Shown: positions 52,848 to 64,000 of the stretch, piece after piece
How positions within the stretch are numbered: position 1 is the first letter of the stretch
How the letters are laid out: each line of letters opens with the position of its first letter
Assembly: GCA_950097015.1 (NCBI GenBank)
Contig: CATNEN010000024.1
Span: 186,001-250,000 of the forward strand
From: Macrostomum hystrix
Lineage: Eukaryota > Animalia > Platyhelminthes
Reading direction: 5' to 3'
DNA length: 64,000 nucleotides
Position numbers and translations under genes: made by a program
The notes under the pieces: model-generated
Seen by the model: only the letters and a program-made list of their open reading frames with translations
Databases searched by the model: none
What the model was told of the DNA's origin: nothing

Positions 52848-54960
52848 GGTTTATGGAATTTTCGTCAACTTTTTTTTCGTCAACTTGGTTGACGAATGTT
52901 CCAACCCTCATTTCTGCAGTTGACGAATATTCCAAATCTTCCATTGCCTGTTGACGAAAGTTCCACAGACAGACTGAAGGCATCGGAGAACTTAGTGCCT
53001 TTGTGCACGATTTATTGCGTATTCAACATGTGTTTGTGACGTTGTTTCTTTAATTTAATGTAATTTTAATATGCAAGTTTGAATTATGTGAAGCGCTTCA
53101 GATGGTTATTGCACTAATAAAATTGTACTGTAAATGTAAATCAATGTGCACTGTAGATGGCTTGGAAGATTAGAGTGCGAGAAGAGAAGAACTTATGTGC
53201 ACAGTGAAAGTCTTAAATAGTGACAACCTTACAATCTGAGCATGAACTAGCAAGCAGATGTACATGACTTGCGAGTTGGCATATGAACAGTGTGCACTGT
53301 GCAGTGTCTAACACAATTTAGAGAGAATGTGCCAGGTGCCACTGATTTGTAGAGTATTTATACACTTGTACACACTCTTTTGTTTTGCTGTCACTCGCAC
53401 GGAATGAACAACAATATCGACAACTGCGTTGTGTGCCATCTTCTGTTTCTGACGAATGTACAGCGGACTACACTCTCATCAAGTCGGGTCTGGTTTATGG
53501 ACGGTACTTTTGAAGTTGTGAGGGAGCCGATTAGACAGCTTTACACGGTCCACTGCTACATCCGCCAAGGAGAAACAGCAAAGCAGGTGGTCTTGGCATT
53601 TGCTTTAATGTCTGGGAAGGCTCTACATGACTACCTGGCAGTCTTCCAGCACCTTAGAAGCCTACTACTGAACGGCAGTCTTCCGCAGGCATTCGTTCTG
53701 GACTTTGAATGTGCCGCATGGCAGGTTCCAACGTGTCGTCTTTCCTGAAGCAACACTGAAGGGCTGCCTGTTCCATTACGCACAGGCCGTGTTCCGTCGC
53801 ATTCAACAGGCTGGCCTCCAGCAGGCATATATAGCAGATCCTGGTACGAACACTTTCTGCCGGATGCTCATGGCGCTGCCATATCTCCCGGCCGAGCACA
53901 TGGAAGAGGGCCTGGTACAGATTGTTGCTGGAATTGTCAAACCACGCCTTCTCGAAGTCGCAGAGTACGTCGATGCCACCTGGTTAAACAGCCCAGTGTT
54001 CAAACGCGAGGAACTGAGCGTCTACAACCAGACCATTCGCACGAACAATGAGTGTGAGGGGTGGCATCGGCGATTGAAGCAACGAGCAGAGCGAGGTAAC
54101 ATCAGCCTGTACCCCTTGTTGCAGCTACTGCACAATGAGGCTCTCATGGTGCCAGTTCAGGCAGCACTGGTGCAGCAAGGGCAGACTCAATGGCAGCATC
54201 GCGGTCGATACAATAAGGTGCTAGAACTGGCAGACCGGCATTGGTGTAATTATCGTGACGGCCATCTTACTATCCTCAGGCTTTTGGTGGAATGCTCCCG
54301 GCTAAATCACGTTCCGAAATTCGGTCAGAGAGGACAATGAATACTGTTTTATGAGACGAAGACTATATGCTTTTATTAATTTTACTACTATATTTACTAA
54401 GTCTATATGCTTATAGTTTTATGAGACGAAGACTATATGCTATTAGACTATATATTATGCTTTTATTGTTAAACTCCATTTTTTAATGTAAACCAGGCTT
54501 ATTGGCTTATTGGTTATTGTCCCAATAGCCCAACCCTCACCGGCTCCACAACATGAGGCCAAGCTATATTGTACAATATTTATACTGTAACTGCATGTTT
54601 GTACTGCAACTTGTATCTTGTCAACGTTTTAAAATTTTTACCATTGAAAATTTGTTCGATCAACTCTTGCAATTTTACCATTCTCGCATTTTTTACCGTT
54701 TTTGAAGTAAAACAATAAACAATAAACAATGACGTGTTTACTGCATTGTTACTGTCGAAGTTAGAAGTGAAAAACGAAAAAGTAAAATGAGGTAAAATGC
54801 GCATCCAATGCTACCCAGTTGACGAAAATTCAACATTTCTCATTGGTAGTTGATGAAGATTCCATTGTTCCTATTGGCAGTTGACGAACATTCCAACTAC
54901 CAATGAATTTTCGTCAACTCTCAGTTGACGAAAAAAAAGTTGACGAAAATTCTAGGATCC
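52848..54960 (+). mobile_element. Mutator-like (MULE) DNA transposon, ~2.1 kb
   Basis: 30-bp perfect inverted repeat GAATTTTCGTCAACTTTTTTTTCGTCAACT (from 52856; ending 54952) within imperfect GG...CC ends; many subterminal GTTGACGAA repeats; flanking GAGTCAAT (52840-52847) and GAGTCAAC (54961-54968) as a 7/8 TSD. Confidence 0.85.
53410..54340 (+). pseudogene. MULE DDE transposase, 5'-truncated, one frameshift near 53726
   Basis: WFMDGTF (D), QLYTVH, FVLDFE (D) in one frame; VFPEATLKGCLFHYAQAV (CxxH) and RTNNECEGWH (E) in another frame. Confidence 0.85.
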
Positions 54961-55779
54961 GAGTCAACAACCGCCTGGTCCCCAGCTTAGTGAGCTGGCC
55001 AGTGGTATATCTACCCTTGGACTAGGTGGCTGGGGGTTTGTGTGAATGCATCAGAAATTGTCCTTTCAAAAACTGCTCTGCATGCAGGCCTGGCTGCCAC
55101 ATGGCTCCCCTGCATTGTCTTAGTGGCTAGGCTGACCAATGGATAAGCTGAACAATGTCAATTGTTACGTTGATAGACTAGTGGTAGCCCATGGGTGGCT
55201 GATTGCATCTGTTGTGCCCAGTGTTAGCTACCAAGGTAGATAGCCTCTAGGTTAAAACAATTGGTGTTTGAACAGGTTCTCTCAAATGTAAGATCACTAG
55301 CTTGAGCTTGAGTCTGCCCATTGACACTTGCCCAGGTACCTACTTGTACTTGAACCCTTGGATAACTTTTTCAAATCAAGTGTTAAACATATAAATTTCC
55401 TAATAGTTAGCCAAAAAAAATTAATTTATATATTGTTTGGTCGGAGTAGTGATTGCAATTTCCTTGCTCTCTTCTAATCCTTAGAATCCAAGAACTCTAT
55501 GATCCTGTCCTTTTTAAATCCTTCAAAATTGAAACAATTTATAATCCTGGGATTCAAGCTAATTTTGCCAATTCCTAGAATTAATTCTGTGATTTATATC
55601 AAAAGTGCATAGATATTATTATTACTATCTAGTCACTTAGTACATGTGTGCATTCCTGGTTTTTCCTAAATAAAACAACCAAAATGAGGCACTTAAAAGA
55701 AAGTAAAGCAGAACAGATGGCAGAAAAATATTTGATTGGCTCTATAGAGCTTTGTTCTATGAAAATATGTTTACTTGAA

Positions 55780-56680
55780 GCATGGTTTTAGTCACTAGTT
55801 ACTAGTCAGTCATTGCAATGTATTGGCAGACCTAGGAAGACGAACTCCATTGGCCAGCAAGGCTCTTCAGAGATCGGGTAAAGAAATGAAAACATTGAAG
55901 GGCAAGCCATCTTTGGAAATCATCTGAGAAATGATGATTGATCCTTCCTCAATTGAGGACCAAAAATCAGTAACCTTAGATGGACCTTAGCTCATTTTTT
56001 GGGAAATACTATCTCAGGTTCTGTCTCATCATTATCATGGATCTTCTCAATCTCAGTACCAGATCCAGAAGTAGCACACTGAGATTTGGTCCTGGTCTTG
56101 GACTTGGTGATTGGATAATTCTTACTCTTATGTGCATTGCCCACTGAATTGAAAGTCTGAGACTTAGAGGCAGAACAGTCAATGTTTGAATAGTTAAGCT
56201 ACAGTGCCTAGATCTGGAGCTTTCTGAGTAGTAAACTCAATTTTCAAACATCCTACAAGCCTTGATAGAACTACCACCAGTGGAGATAACACATACATGC
56301 GCAACCTCCCAAATCTTAGCCGGCCGTGCGACTTAGTTTTTGCTCTCATTTGCGACTTAGTTCGTTTCATTGCTCTAATTACGACTTAGTTTGCTCTCAT
56401 TTGCTCTTTTTCTCTCCCCTTTTTCCTTTTCTTCACGCCTTCCTTTTTTGTCCCTTGGTCCCCCCTTTGATTTTTTTGCGCTTGGTCGATTGGTTTTTGC
56501 GACTTACCTTGCTTGGCCCTCGTTTCACCCGGCCGTTTCGGCCGGGTCGGCCGGGTGTTGCGCATGTATGAGATAACACCTGGACAAAGTTTACAATATT
56601 CAATGCTGGAATGCTTCTTTTCAAAGAACTGCCAAGCAGTTGATGTTTGCTTAATTTTATATTTGGTCAACATCATTAGA
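55780..56680 (-). pseudogene. Fossil hAT-type transposase with BED zinc finger
   Basis: TSTAWQFFEKK..EYCKLCPGVIS (BED-like); further on IIISQMISKDGLPFNVFISLPDL*RALLANGVRLPRSANTL resembles hAT transposase N-terminal core as recalled; multiple stops. Confidence 0.55.
56292..56570. mobile_element. 279-bp MITE with 14-bp TIR and 8-bp TSD, inside the BED finger
   Basis: TIR CATACATGCGCAAC (56292-56305) and GTTGCGCATGTATG (56557-56570); TSD AGATAACA at 56284-56291 and 56571-56578; three internal CGACTTAGTT repeats. Confidence 0.88.
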
Positions 56681-57226
56681 ACATCATTAAAAAAATTAGA
56701 AATTAAATAAAGCCATAGAAATTTAGAATTATAAGTAATAATAAATCTGAATTTATCAATGTGCTATAAAACTATAGTACTAAGCAACTGTATTAGTAAC
56801 TACTACAGAATATTTATGAAAGTGCAGGGTATCTATTTCTATAAATTATATAGGCCAAAATAAACAAAACAAAACAAAATAGGCCACATTTTAATAAATT
56901 TATTTGTGTGTGATTTAGCTATTATGACTAAATGATCCTACACATAGACCTATTATCTTATTTTTTTAATATCACTATCACGCAATGCCAATACTATTGT
57001 AATTTTGTAAAATATTGAAGCCTTTGTTGATTATCAAGACATCTATTTCTACCATACATATTACCCATTGTATGAGTACTAATCTCGCAGATACAAATAT
57101 AAGTAAATCCTGTAAAAAAATTGCAATGAATTTCAGATATAAATTCTGTGGGAGCTATGTACGCCTACTTACAAGTTGTAGATTGTGTTTTTCCTGCTTG
57201 ACACATTATATATAGCACACTAAAAC

Positions 57227-60200
57227 ATGCCTTACATGCGATTTGCTGGAAGGAAGTGGCGAGTCAGCACTGATGACTTCTTCTTTCCTTTCTTTGTGTC
57301 AGCTGTTATTGAGCTGTTTTGGTGAGTTCCTGCCTTCTCTGCTTGTATTGTGCCAGTCCAGGAAATTTATTGCACCTCATTCTCCAGTGCATCCTTTATT
57401 GCACCTTCCCCCTCATCCTTCAGTGCACGTTTCACTCATCCTTCAGTGCACGTTTCCCTCATCCTTCAATGCACGTTTTCCTCATCCTTCAGTGCACCTT
57501 CCCCTCATCCTTTATTGCACCTTCCCCCTCATCCTTCAGTGCACGTTTTCCTTATCCTTCAGTGCACGTTTCCCTCATCCTTCAGTGCACCTTCCCCTCA
57601 TCCTTTATTGTACCTTCCCCTCATCCTTCAGTGCACGTTTTCCTTATCCTTCAGTGCACGTTTTCCTCATCCTTCAGTGCACCTTCCCCTCATCCTTTAT
57701 TGTACCTTCCCCTCATCCTTCAGTGCACGTTTTCCTTATCCTTCAGTGCACGTTTCCCTCATCCTTCAGTGCACGTTTCCCTCATCCTTCAGTGCACCTT
57801 CCCCTCATCCTTTATTGTACCTTCCCCTCATCCTTCAGTGCACGTTTCCCTCATCCTTCAGTGCACCTTCCCCTCATCCTTTATTGCACCTTCCACTCAT
57901 CCTTCAGTGCATCTTTCCCTCATCCTTCAGTGCACGTTTCCCTCATCCTTCAGTGCACGTTTCCCTCATCCTTCAGTGCACCTTCCCCTCATCCTTCAGT
58001 GCACGTTTCCCTCATCCTTCAGTGACCTTCCCCTCATCCTTCAGTGCACGTTTCCCTCATCCTTTAGTGCACGTTTCCCTCATCCTTCAGTGCACGTTTC
58101 CCTCATCCTTCAGTGCACGTTTCCCTCATCCTTCAGTGCACCTTCCCCTCATCCTTCAGTGCACCTTCCCCTCATCCTTTATTGCACCTTCCCCTCATCC
58201 TTCAGTGTACGTTTTCCTCATCCTTCAGTGCACGTTTTCCTCATCCTTCAGTGCACGTTTCCCTCATCCTTCAGTGCACGTTTCCCTCATCCTTCAGTGC
58301 ACGTTTCCCTCATCCTTCAGTGCACGTTTCCCTCATCCTTCAGTGCACCTTCCCTTCATCCTTCAGTGCACCTTCCCCTCATCCTTTATTGCACCTTCCC
58401 CTCATCCTTCAGTGCACCCTCCCCTCATCCCTCAGTGCAACCACCCTCCACACATTCTTAATTTAGTAAGTTACCGTAATACCCAGTTTATAGTTTAAAA
58501 CAGTTAAATAGATGCATAGCTAAAATCTCCGCAGGCTAGTAATGCTGGTAGTGTTTCTGGTGTCGCACGATCAGTGGGCATTCTTCTGCGCTGGCAGTGC
58601 CCAACTGCGAGCCTTCTACGGCCTGGCAATCGGCCTGACCGCATTGAAACTGCTGCACGCCTGCCTGCTGGCCTGGCAGTCCGGCCGCGGCTCAATTCGT
58701 CAGGAGCACCGGCGTCGGTTTGTACCGGCTCTACTTTGGTTTCACCTGTGCGTTAATCTGCCAGCCAGCCTCATCCTGTATGGATACGGTTGCTACCTGG
58801 CTTTCAGGCCATTCGACTGCAACCTGCAGACTTTGATCATTGCCCGTTGCGTCTGTCTGGTGGGTAAATTATTGTAAATTATTAAACTTCAACTGACTGA
58901 GCTATTGATAAATTGATTTCTAGCTCTCGTTAGAGCTTTGAACTTCTGTGAGTGTCGTGGCCTCCCCAGTCCACGGACTAAAAAGCTGTACACAGGCTTT
59001 CAAAGTGCCGCGCTTTAGCAATAGCTATAGCGCAATATCTATCTACGGCAGGGGTCGGCAAACTCCGCCCCGCGGGCCAGATGCGGCCCTCGAAGCTCCT
59101 AAATCCGGCCTGTTGCCCGTACGGACTCCTACAGTATCCTGTTTCATCTTTCCCCTGTCTCATCTCTCCTAGGTCTCGTCTTTCCTGTGCCTCATCTCTC
59201 CTGTGTCTCATCTCTCCTAGGTCTCGTCTTTCCTGTGCCTCATCTCTCCTGTGTCTCATCTCTCCTGTGTTTCATCTCTCCGCTGTCTTATCTCTCCCGT
59301 GTCTCATCTCTCCCATGTCTCATCTCTCCGTGTCTCATCTCTCCGCTGTCTTATCTCTCCCGTGTCTCGTCTTTCCTGTGCCTCATCTCTCCCGTGTCTC
59401 ATCTCTCAGTGTCTTATCTCTCCGTGTCTCATCTCTTCGCTGTCTTATCTCTCCCGTGTCTCATCTCTCCTAGGTCTCGTCTTTCCTGTGTCTTATCTCT
59501 CCCGTGTCTCATCTCTCCGCTGTCTCATCTCTCCCTTGTCTTATCTCTCCTGTATCTCATCTCCCCTGTCATTCATCTCTTCTCTGTCTCATCTCTCCCC
59601 TATCTCATATTTCTTTAGTCAATGCGGCCCGCTGTCGTCTTTTCGGTTCTCTCTTTTGCCCGCTGGCTAATTAGTTTGCCGACACCTGATCTACGGTATC
59701 TGACAATCAGACATGCCTATTTGCACTCGGGAGGCAGCGAAGTAGGCATGAAAAAAATTCTCGACTGTCTATGGCCAAATGATGCGCCCACAGGTCACAG
59801 GCCCTGATAAATATGAAATTACATGAGGCATTTAGTACTCATATATTGAGTGTATAGTTACTCCCGCCGTTTACCTGATCAAACATATTGGCTGTCCACT
59901 TGAAGGTTGGCTTCGCCGTGGCCGGCCTGTCACTATCGGCCGTCTTCTTCATGACTGTCGGCCCCTGCTTCTCATTCACCGAGCCCAGCGATTCGGCCAG
60001 CGCCGGCACGCAGGGCCTACTGGCGCCGGACTTCTGGTCGCGCCTGGTCTCCTGGCTGTGCTGCACTCGCTATAATGAGACAACTAGGGAGGCATTTGAA
60101 AATGTGCACAGCATACTACTGGCCTATTTTCATGAGTACGATCTAACGCCCAGCGATCTGGCTCTTGGCGTTGTACTACTTAATAGGGAAGAATATCGAC

Positions 60201-60366
60201 CGATATTCGCCGTTGAATCTCCGGATCCGCCAGCCGAGGACGCGGACTGGTGCAGCCTGGAACAATTGCAGTACTACATCAAGTACGCCAACGCCTGCTA
60301 CGGCTGGCCATTGGAGGTGTTCAACAATCCCTGTTTCTGCTGCTGCCACCTGGGACCTCACTGCGC
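57227..60366 (+). CDS. DAGL: Diacylglycerol lipase (DAGL alpha/beta-like), N-terminal transmembrane part, exons 1-3; lipase domain not in window
   Basis: Exons 57227-57321, 58535-58859, 59906-60366 (GT-AG, phases consistent). MPYMRFAGRKWRVSTDDFFFP resembles MPGIVVFRRRWSVGSDDL; SGRGSI; WSRLVSWLCCTR; DLTPSDLALGVVLL; YANACYGWP. Confidence 0.85.
57380..58440. repeat. 23-bp minisatellite (CCTCATCCTTCAGTGCACGTTTC)n filling DAGL intron 1
   Basis: Read directly. Confidence 0.95.
59049..59688 (+). mobile_element. hAT/Charlie (MER58-like) MITE with internal minisatellite, in DAGL intron 2
   Basis: Starts CAGGGGTCGGCAAACT, ends AGTTTGCCGACACCTG; perfect 8-bp TSD ATCTACGG (59041-59048, 59689-59696); interior about 59150-59610 is (CCGTGTCTCATCTCTC)n. 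Confidence 0.9.
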
Positions 60367-60499
60367 GTGAGTCTTCTAATGCTGTCATTTATGTAGGTTT
60401 TTATAATTAGTTATATGTATTATATATTAGCTGTAATGGCGTTAGAGTTATATTTTTATTCCTAGGGATTTGTACTTCTATCCAACAATTGATTGCACC

Positions 60500-60740
60500 T
60501 GCTCCAATTGGGTCAGATGTGCAGCCGACAGCACAGCCGCAGCTTTTAGCGCAGCGCATCTGAAGGCTGCGTGCGGCTGTTCAGTCCATGGACTGTGTGG
60601 GACGTCACACCAACCCTCAATTACCCCAGCTAATGCTGATACCCATTTTAATGTAGAGTTAAGTGTTACAGTGGAGTCGTGAATCGAACCCCGGACCTTC
60701 AAGTCGTGAGTCCGACGCGCTAACCACAAGGCTACAACCT
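60500..60740 (-). mobile_element. tRNA-derived SINE, same family as 9483
   Basis: On the minus strand TGGTTAGC (A-box), CACGACTTGAAGGTCCGGGGTTCGATTC (B-box), then GTGTGACGTCCCACACAGTCCATGGACTG. Confidence 0.7.
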
Positions 60741-60759
60741 CCTATCCACCCATCGGATT

Positions 60760-60900
60760 CATGATTTGAAGGTCCGGGGTTCGATTCCCAACGACACCAT
60801 AACCTTTTTTGCCTTTTAGCAAGACGATTAACTCTGAATTGCTTCAGTTCACCCAGCTGTGTAGCAGTGCTATATTAGTAATTAGTATTTGTATTATAAT
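60760..60900 (+). mobile_element. Partial SINE, head-to-head with the previous one
   Basis: GATTTGAAGGTCCGGGGTTCGATTCCC, then AGCAAGAC...TTCACCCAGCTGTG and an AT-rich tail. Confidence 0.5.
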
Positions 60901-61720
60901 ATTATATTAGTAATATTAAGATTATTCCTCATGAATTAGGATCAATATTTAGTCACTTCTAAATTCAATCCTAAAGGATTTAAATATTAAATATTTCATG
61001 ATAAGCATTTAAAGTTTCGATACTGTAATTTTTATTTCTTTTTAAAAGATTACTTCGACAAAGATGAACCTATACAAAATGTACTAAGAGTTCCAAAGGC
61101 TCGTCAGTTTTTATTCGCTACTACATTCGTTAATTTGTGGCCTTTTGAAACAATGTGCAATTTTTGGCCTTGTTTGAACTTATTCAGGGAGTTACAAGAA
61201 AAGTGAAATGCATGTATATTTGCAGCTTCAGGAATTGTAAACTGTCTGCTTGGCACCTTGATAGCGATTGCCAAGCGATTCAACTGTCCCAATGATCTCT
61301 AGCTATATGTATAAGGCTAGGTATTTGACGCATGCTAATTCACTCGCCAATAGAAGTTGCTTTGCTAATTTACATTTTCTCGTGGGATTGGCTAGGACCA
61401 GATCTTGTCAATGCCTCATCCTCCTTAAAGTCTGTTTTACCAATCAGCTTTGATTGTCTGTTAAAGCTTTGACTAAATTCTGATGAATGCAGCCAACCAG
61501 CAACTTGCTGTCCAACTATCGCAGGCTTCAAATCTTTGACCAATAGTATTGTGTTATTTTTCATCAGCTAAATTTTGTCGACCAACCAGCAGTAGCCAGC
61601 GATACTACAGATAACATTTCAAACCCGGCGAACAGAACCGCTGGCAGGCAAATAAAAAGGTGAAATTTAAACGGAACAAAATTAAAAAGTACATCTCAGC
61701 AAAGCCGCATCCAATTCACA

Positions 61721-62926
61721 ATGGCGGCAACAACTTACGAAGCGATTGTGGACTCGGCGACTCGCCAATTCAGCCAGCCGATCTGGCCAACTGCGCCGAC
61801 TGTGGATAACAGTACTTGCTTATTGGGATCGCCAGCTAGTCATTTGATTCGCTTATCTGTGTGCTCTCTAAGTGCTCTATTAAACTGCGTAGTCTTAGCC
61901 GCTGTATTTCATTCCTCCAATCAGGCTAAGGGATTCAGCCTGTTAGTAGCTATTGACGTATTTATGAATGCCTGTCTGTCCGCTCGCAGTGCAATGGCAT
62001 TTGTAGCCGACACGGTAACGCATTCCAATCAGGCCAGCCATCCGCACTGCCGCTACTATCTGAAATGGATCACAACAGCTTGGAAAGTGTCTTATCTGGC
62101 GCGCAGCTGGTGGATTGTAGCCATGACTTCAGCCAGGTATTCAGTAGTTGTTAAGCCTCTTTCTGCCCCTATTAACTTTCATTATCGTCAGCAGGCCGGC
62201 CTACTGAGCGTCCTGGCCATTTTGTCGGCCGCTTTCACCATCGCTATGGATATAATAACAACAAGGCATAGCTCCTATTATTATATCTACGATGTTACCA
62301 TCTCCATTGAGGTAGTGCTGAGTACCGGCGTACCGATAATTATAGTCATGACTCTCACCTGTCTTATGTCAAAGAATCTTATCCGTCGACGACGCCTCTG
62401 GACAAATTTGCCAGCTGATGTTGACAGCAATTTGAAAGCTACAAAGACTCTACTGTTGATATCTGGCAGCTTCTTCGGCTTGTCATTTCCGCATCTATTT
62501 TACGAGCTTGGCTGCACCATTGCCAATCAGTTGGAGTCAGAGCCGTTGACTTCCAGCAGTATGCCCGAGTGGCTTAACATTTTGGGCGAAATTAAATCGC
62601 TACTAATTAGCGTGGACTCTGGCCTCAACTTCGCCATCTTTTTCGTCATGTGCCGCCAATTTCGCATTCAACTGCTCGGCTTCTTGCACATTCGTTTGGC
62701 CTGCCTACAGCCGAAGACCAACAATAGGAAGATTTCATGCGGCCTGCGCTGCGAAGCGGCTCCTGATGGTCATCACACGGCCCATTTCAGAGCCGGCCGC
62801 TGCGTTGACCACGAAGTTGCTCGACCCTTGAGCTGCTTACTTGAGGACTCAGTGTCGGCCGCTGCCAATGTAGCCGCCTCATCAACTAGTCAAAACGATT
62901 TGCGCCAGAAAAGCGGCTATGTTTGA
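61721..62926 (+). CDS. Intronless rhodopsin-family (class A) GPCR, orphan/peptide-receptor-like, 401 aa
   Basis: About seven hydrophobic segments; TM3 end AMTSARYSVVVKPL (DRY-to-ARY); TM6 FFGLSFPHL; TM7 DSGLNFAIFFVMCRQFR. Confidence 0.85.
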   Translation: MAATTYEAIVDSATRQFSQPIWPTAPTVDNSTCLLGSPASHLIRLSVCSLSALLNCVVLAAVFHSSNQAKGFSLLVAIDVFMNACLSARSAMAFVADTVTHSNQASHPHCRYYLKWITTAWKVSYLARSWWIVAMTSARYSVVVKPLSAPINFHYRQQAGLLSVLAILSAAFTIAMDIITTRHSSYYYIYDVTISIEVVLSTGVPIIIVMTLTCLMSKNLIRRRRLWTNLPADVDSNLKATKTLLLISGSFFGLSFPHLFYELGCTIANQLESEPLTSSSMPEWLNILGEIKSLLISVDSGLNFAIFFVMCRQFRIQLLGFLHIRLACLQPKTNNRKISCGLRCEAAPDGHHTAHFRAGRCVDHEVARPLSCLLEDSVSAAANVAASSTSQNDLRQKSGYV

Positions 62927-63708
62927 AACACTTTTTCATATTTTTTGCTGTTTTAGTGCCCCTCCTCCCATTATAATTAAATTAGGAATAGTTTGAGGCA
63001 CCCGTCTATGTTTGATATTTTCTGTATTTACAGTCTAACTATCCTGCCCTGCTTTGAATGTATCATTGTCTGGTTTTACTGAAAAAAACTATTTTCACTT
63101 AGAGTTGTCCAAAAAATGTTTTCACAATGCTTAAACTTTCATGTCCAGTTTCCTATTGCGAAGTCGCTTTTTCTGCGAAGACAATATGTATTATTTTAAC
63201 CTTTCTTTTTTAAACGTGTGTTTGATAAAGCAAATAAAATAGCTCTTCTATTATCTCTTACAGTTCTGACCACCTCCAAGCACTAAATATTCAAAATACT
63301 TTTATGTTCGTCCCACAAAAATAGTAATGGAAACCTCTTTGATTTTCGACATATTTTTCGAAGTGTTGACATGCAAAATTTATTTAGGAGTGGTTTTATT
63401 TGATTAACTTGTAGCTAACTAACGTGACTAAATAATTTTACATTATTTTGATTGTAAATTCGTCAATTCTTTCCTGTCTCTGTTATAAGAATTTAGGACA
63501 ACCCTGTTGTTTTTGTTGTTCTCTTCACTTATATTTCCTGGCACCTAGCACGTCTGCACCTCGGTGACGCTTAGTGTGTTTCAAATAAATAAACAAACAA
63601 AAGAAGATGTATAACCCATAATCTAGTCATGCTGCCCTGAATGTAACGTTTTATTGGATTTTTTTACTTGTCTATGTAAGCTAATCGAGCGTAGTCCAGG
63701 CTCTAAGT

Positions 63709-64000
63709 CAGGGGTCGGCAAACTCCGGCCCGCGGGCCAGATGCGGCCCTCGAAGCTCCCAAATCCGGCCCGTTGCCCCTTCTGACATCTACAGTGTCCT
63801 GTTTCATCTCTCTCGTGTCTAATCTCTCCCGTGTCTAATCTCTCCTCCTGTGTCTAATCTCTCCCGTGTCTAATCTCCCCTGTGTCTAATCTCTCCTGTG
63901 TCTCATCTCTCCCGTGTCAAATCTCTCCCGTGTCTCATCTCTCCCGTGTCTAATCTCTCCCGTGTCTCATCTCCCCTGTGTCTAATCTCTCCTGTGTCTC
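63709..64000 (+). mobile_element. Second copy of the Charlie-like minisatellite-bearing MITE, truncated by window end
   Basis: CAGGGGTCGGCAAACTCCGGCCCGCGGGCCAGATGCGGCCCTCGAAGCTCC nearly identical to 59049; preceded by CTCTAAGT; followed by (CCGTGTCTMATCTCTC)n. Confidence 0.88.

Noticed and set aside
56386-56676. 96-aa K/R-rich ORF as a real gene or MRPS31 first exon
   Set aside because: It is a chimera of a BED-finger half and read-through into the inserted MITE.
60670-60735. Possible true tRNA gene (also 9483-9556 and 26482-26548)
   Set aside because: A and B boxes present but no convincing full cloverleaf, and two of them are attached to a shared repeat body; treated as SINE heads.

Overview
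Eukaryotic (animal) genomic DNA, not prokaryotic: GC-rich spliced exons sit in AT-rich introns and intergenic DNA filled with more than 20 different minisatellite arrays. The style suggests a free-living flatworm such as Macrostomum lignano (inference only). Genes supported: a complete 8-exon sphingosine-1-phosphate lyase (minus, 7993-12584, 545 aa after manual splicing); two near-identical single-exon achaete-scute bHLH genes in tail-to-tail inverted orientation (28024-28599 +, 38079-38651 -); the 3' coding exon of MRPS31 (minus); the first three coding exons of a diacylglycerol lipase (plus, 57227-60366); and an intronless rhodopsin-type GPCR (61721-62926) apparently nested in the next DAGL intron. 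Mobile DNA with TIR/TSD evidence: a 2.1-kb MULE with a frameshifted DDE transposase, a fossil BED/hAT transposase interrupted by a 279-bp MITE, two Charlie/MER58-like MITEs with a minisatellite inside, a 331-bp solo LTR inside a satellite, a 43-bp TIR element with an 8-bp TSD, and tRNA-derived SINEs. Nearly all long ORFs in the supplied track are translations of tandem repeats. All alignments and coordinates were done by eye; repeat boundaries are approximate.
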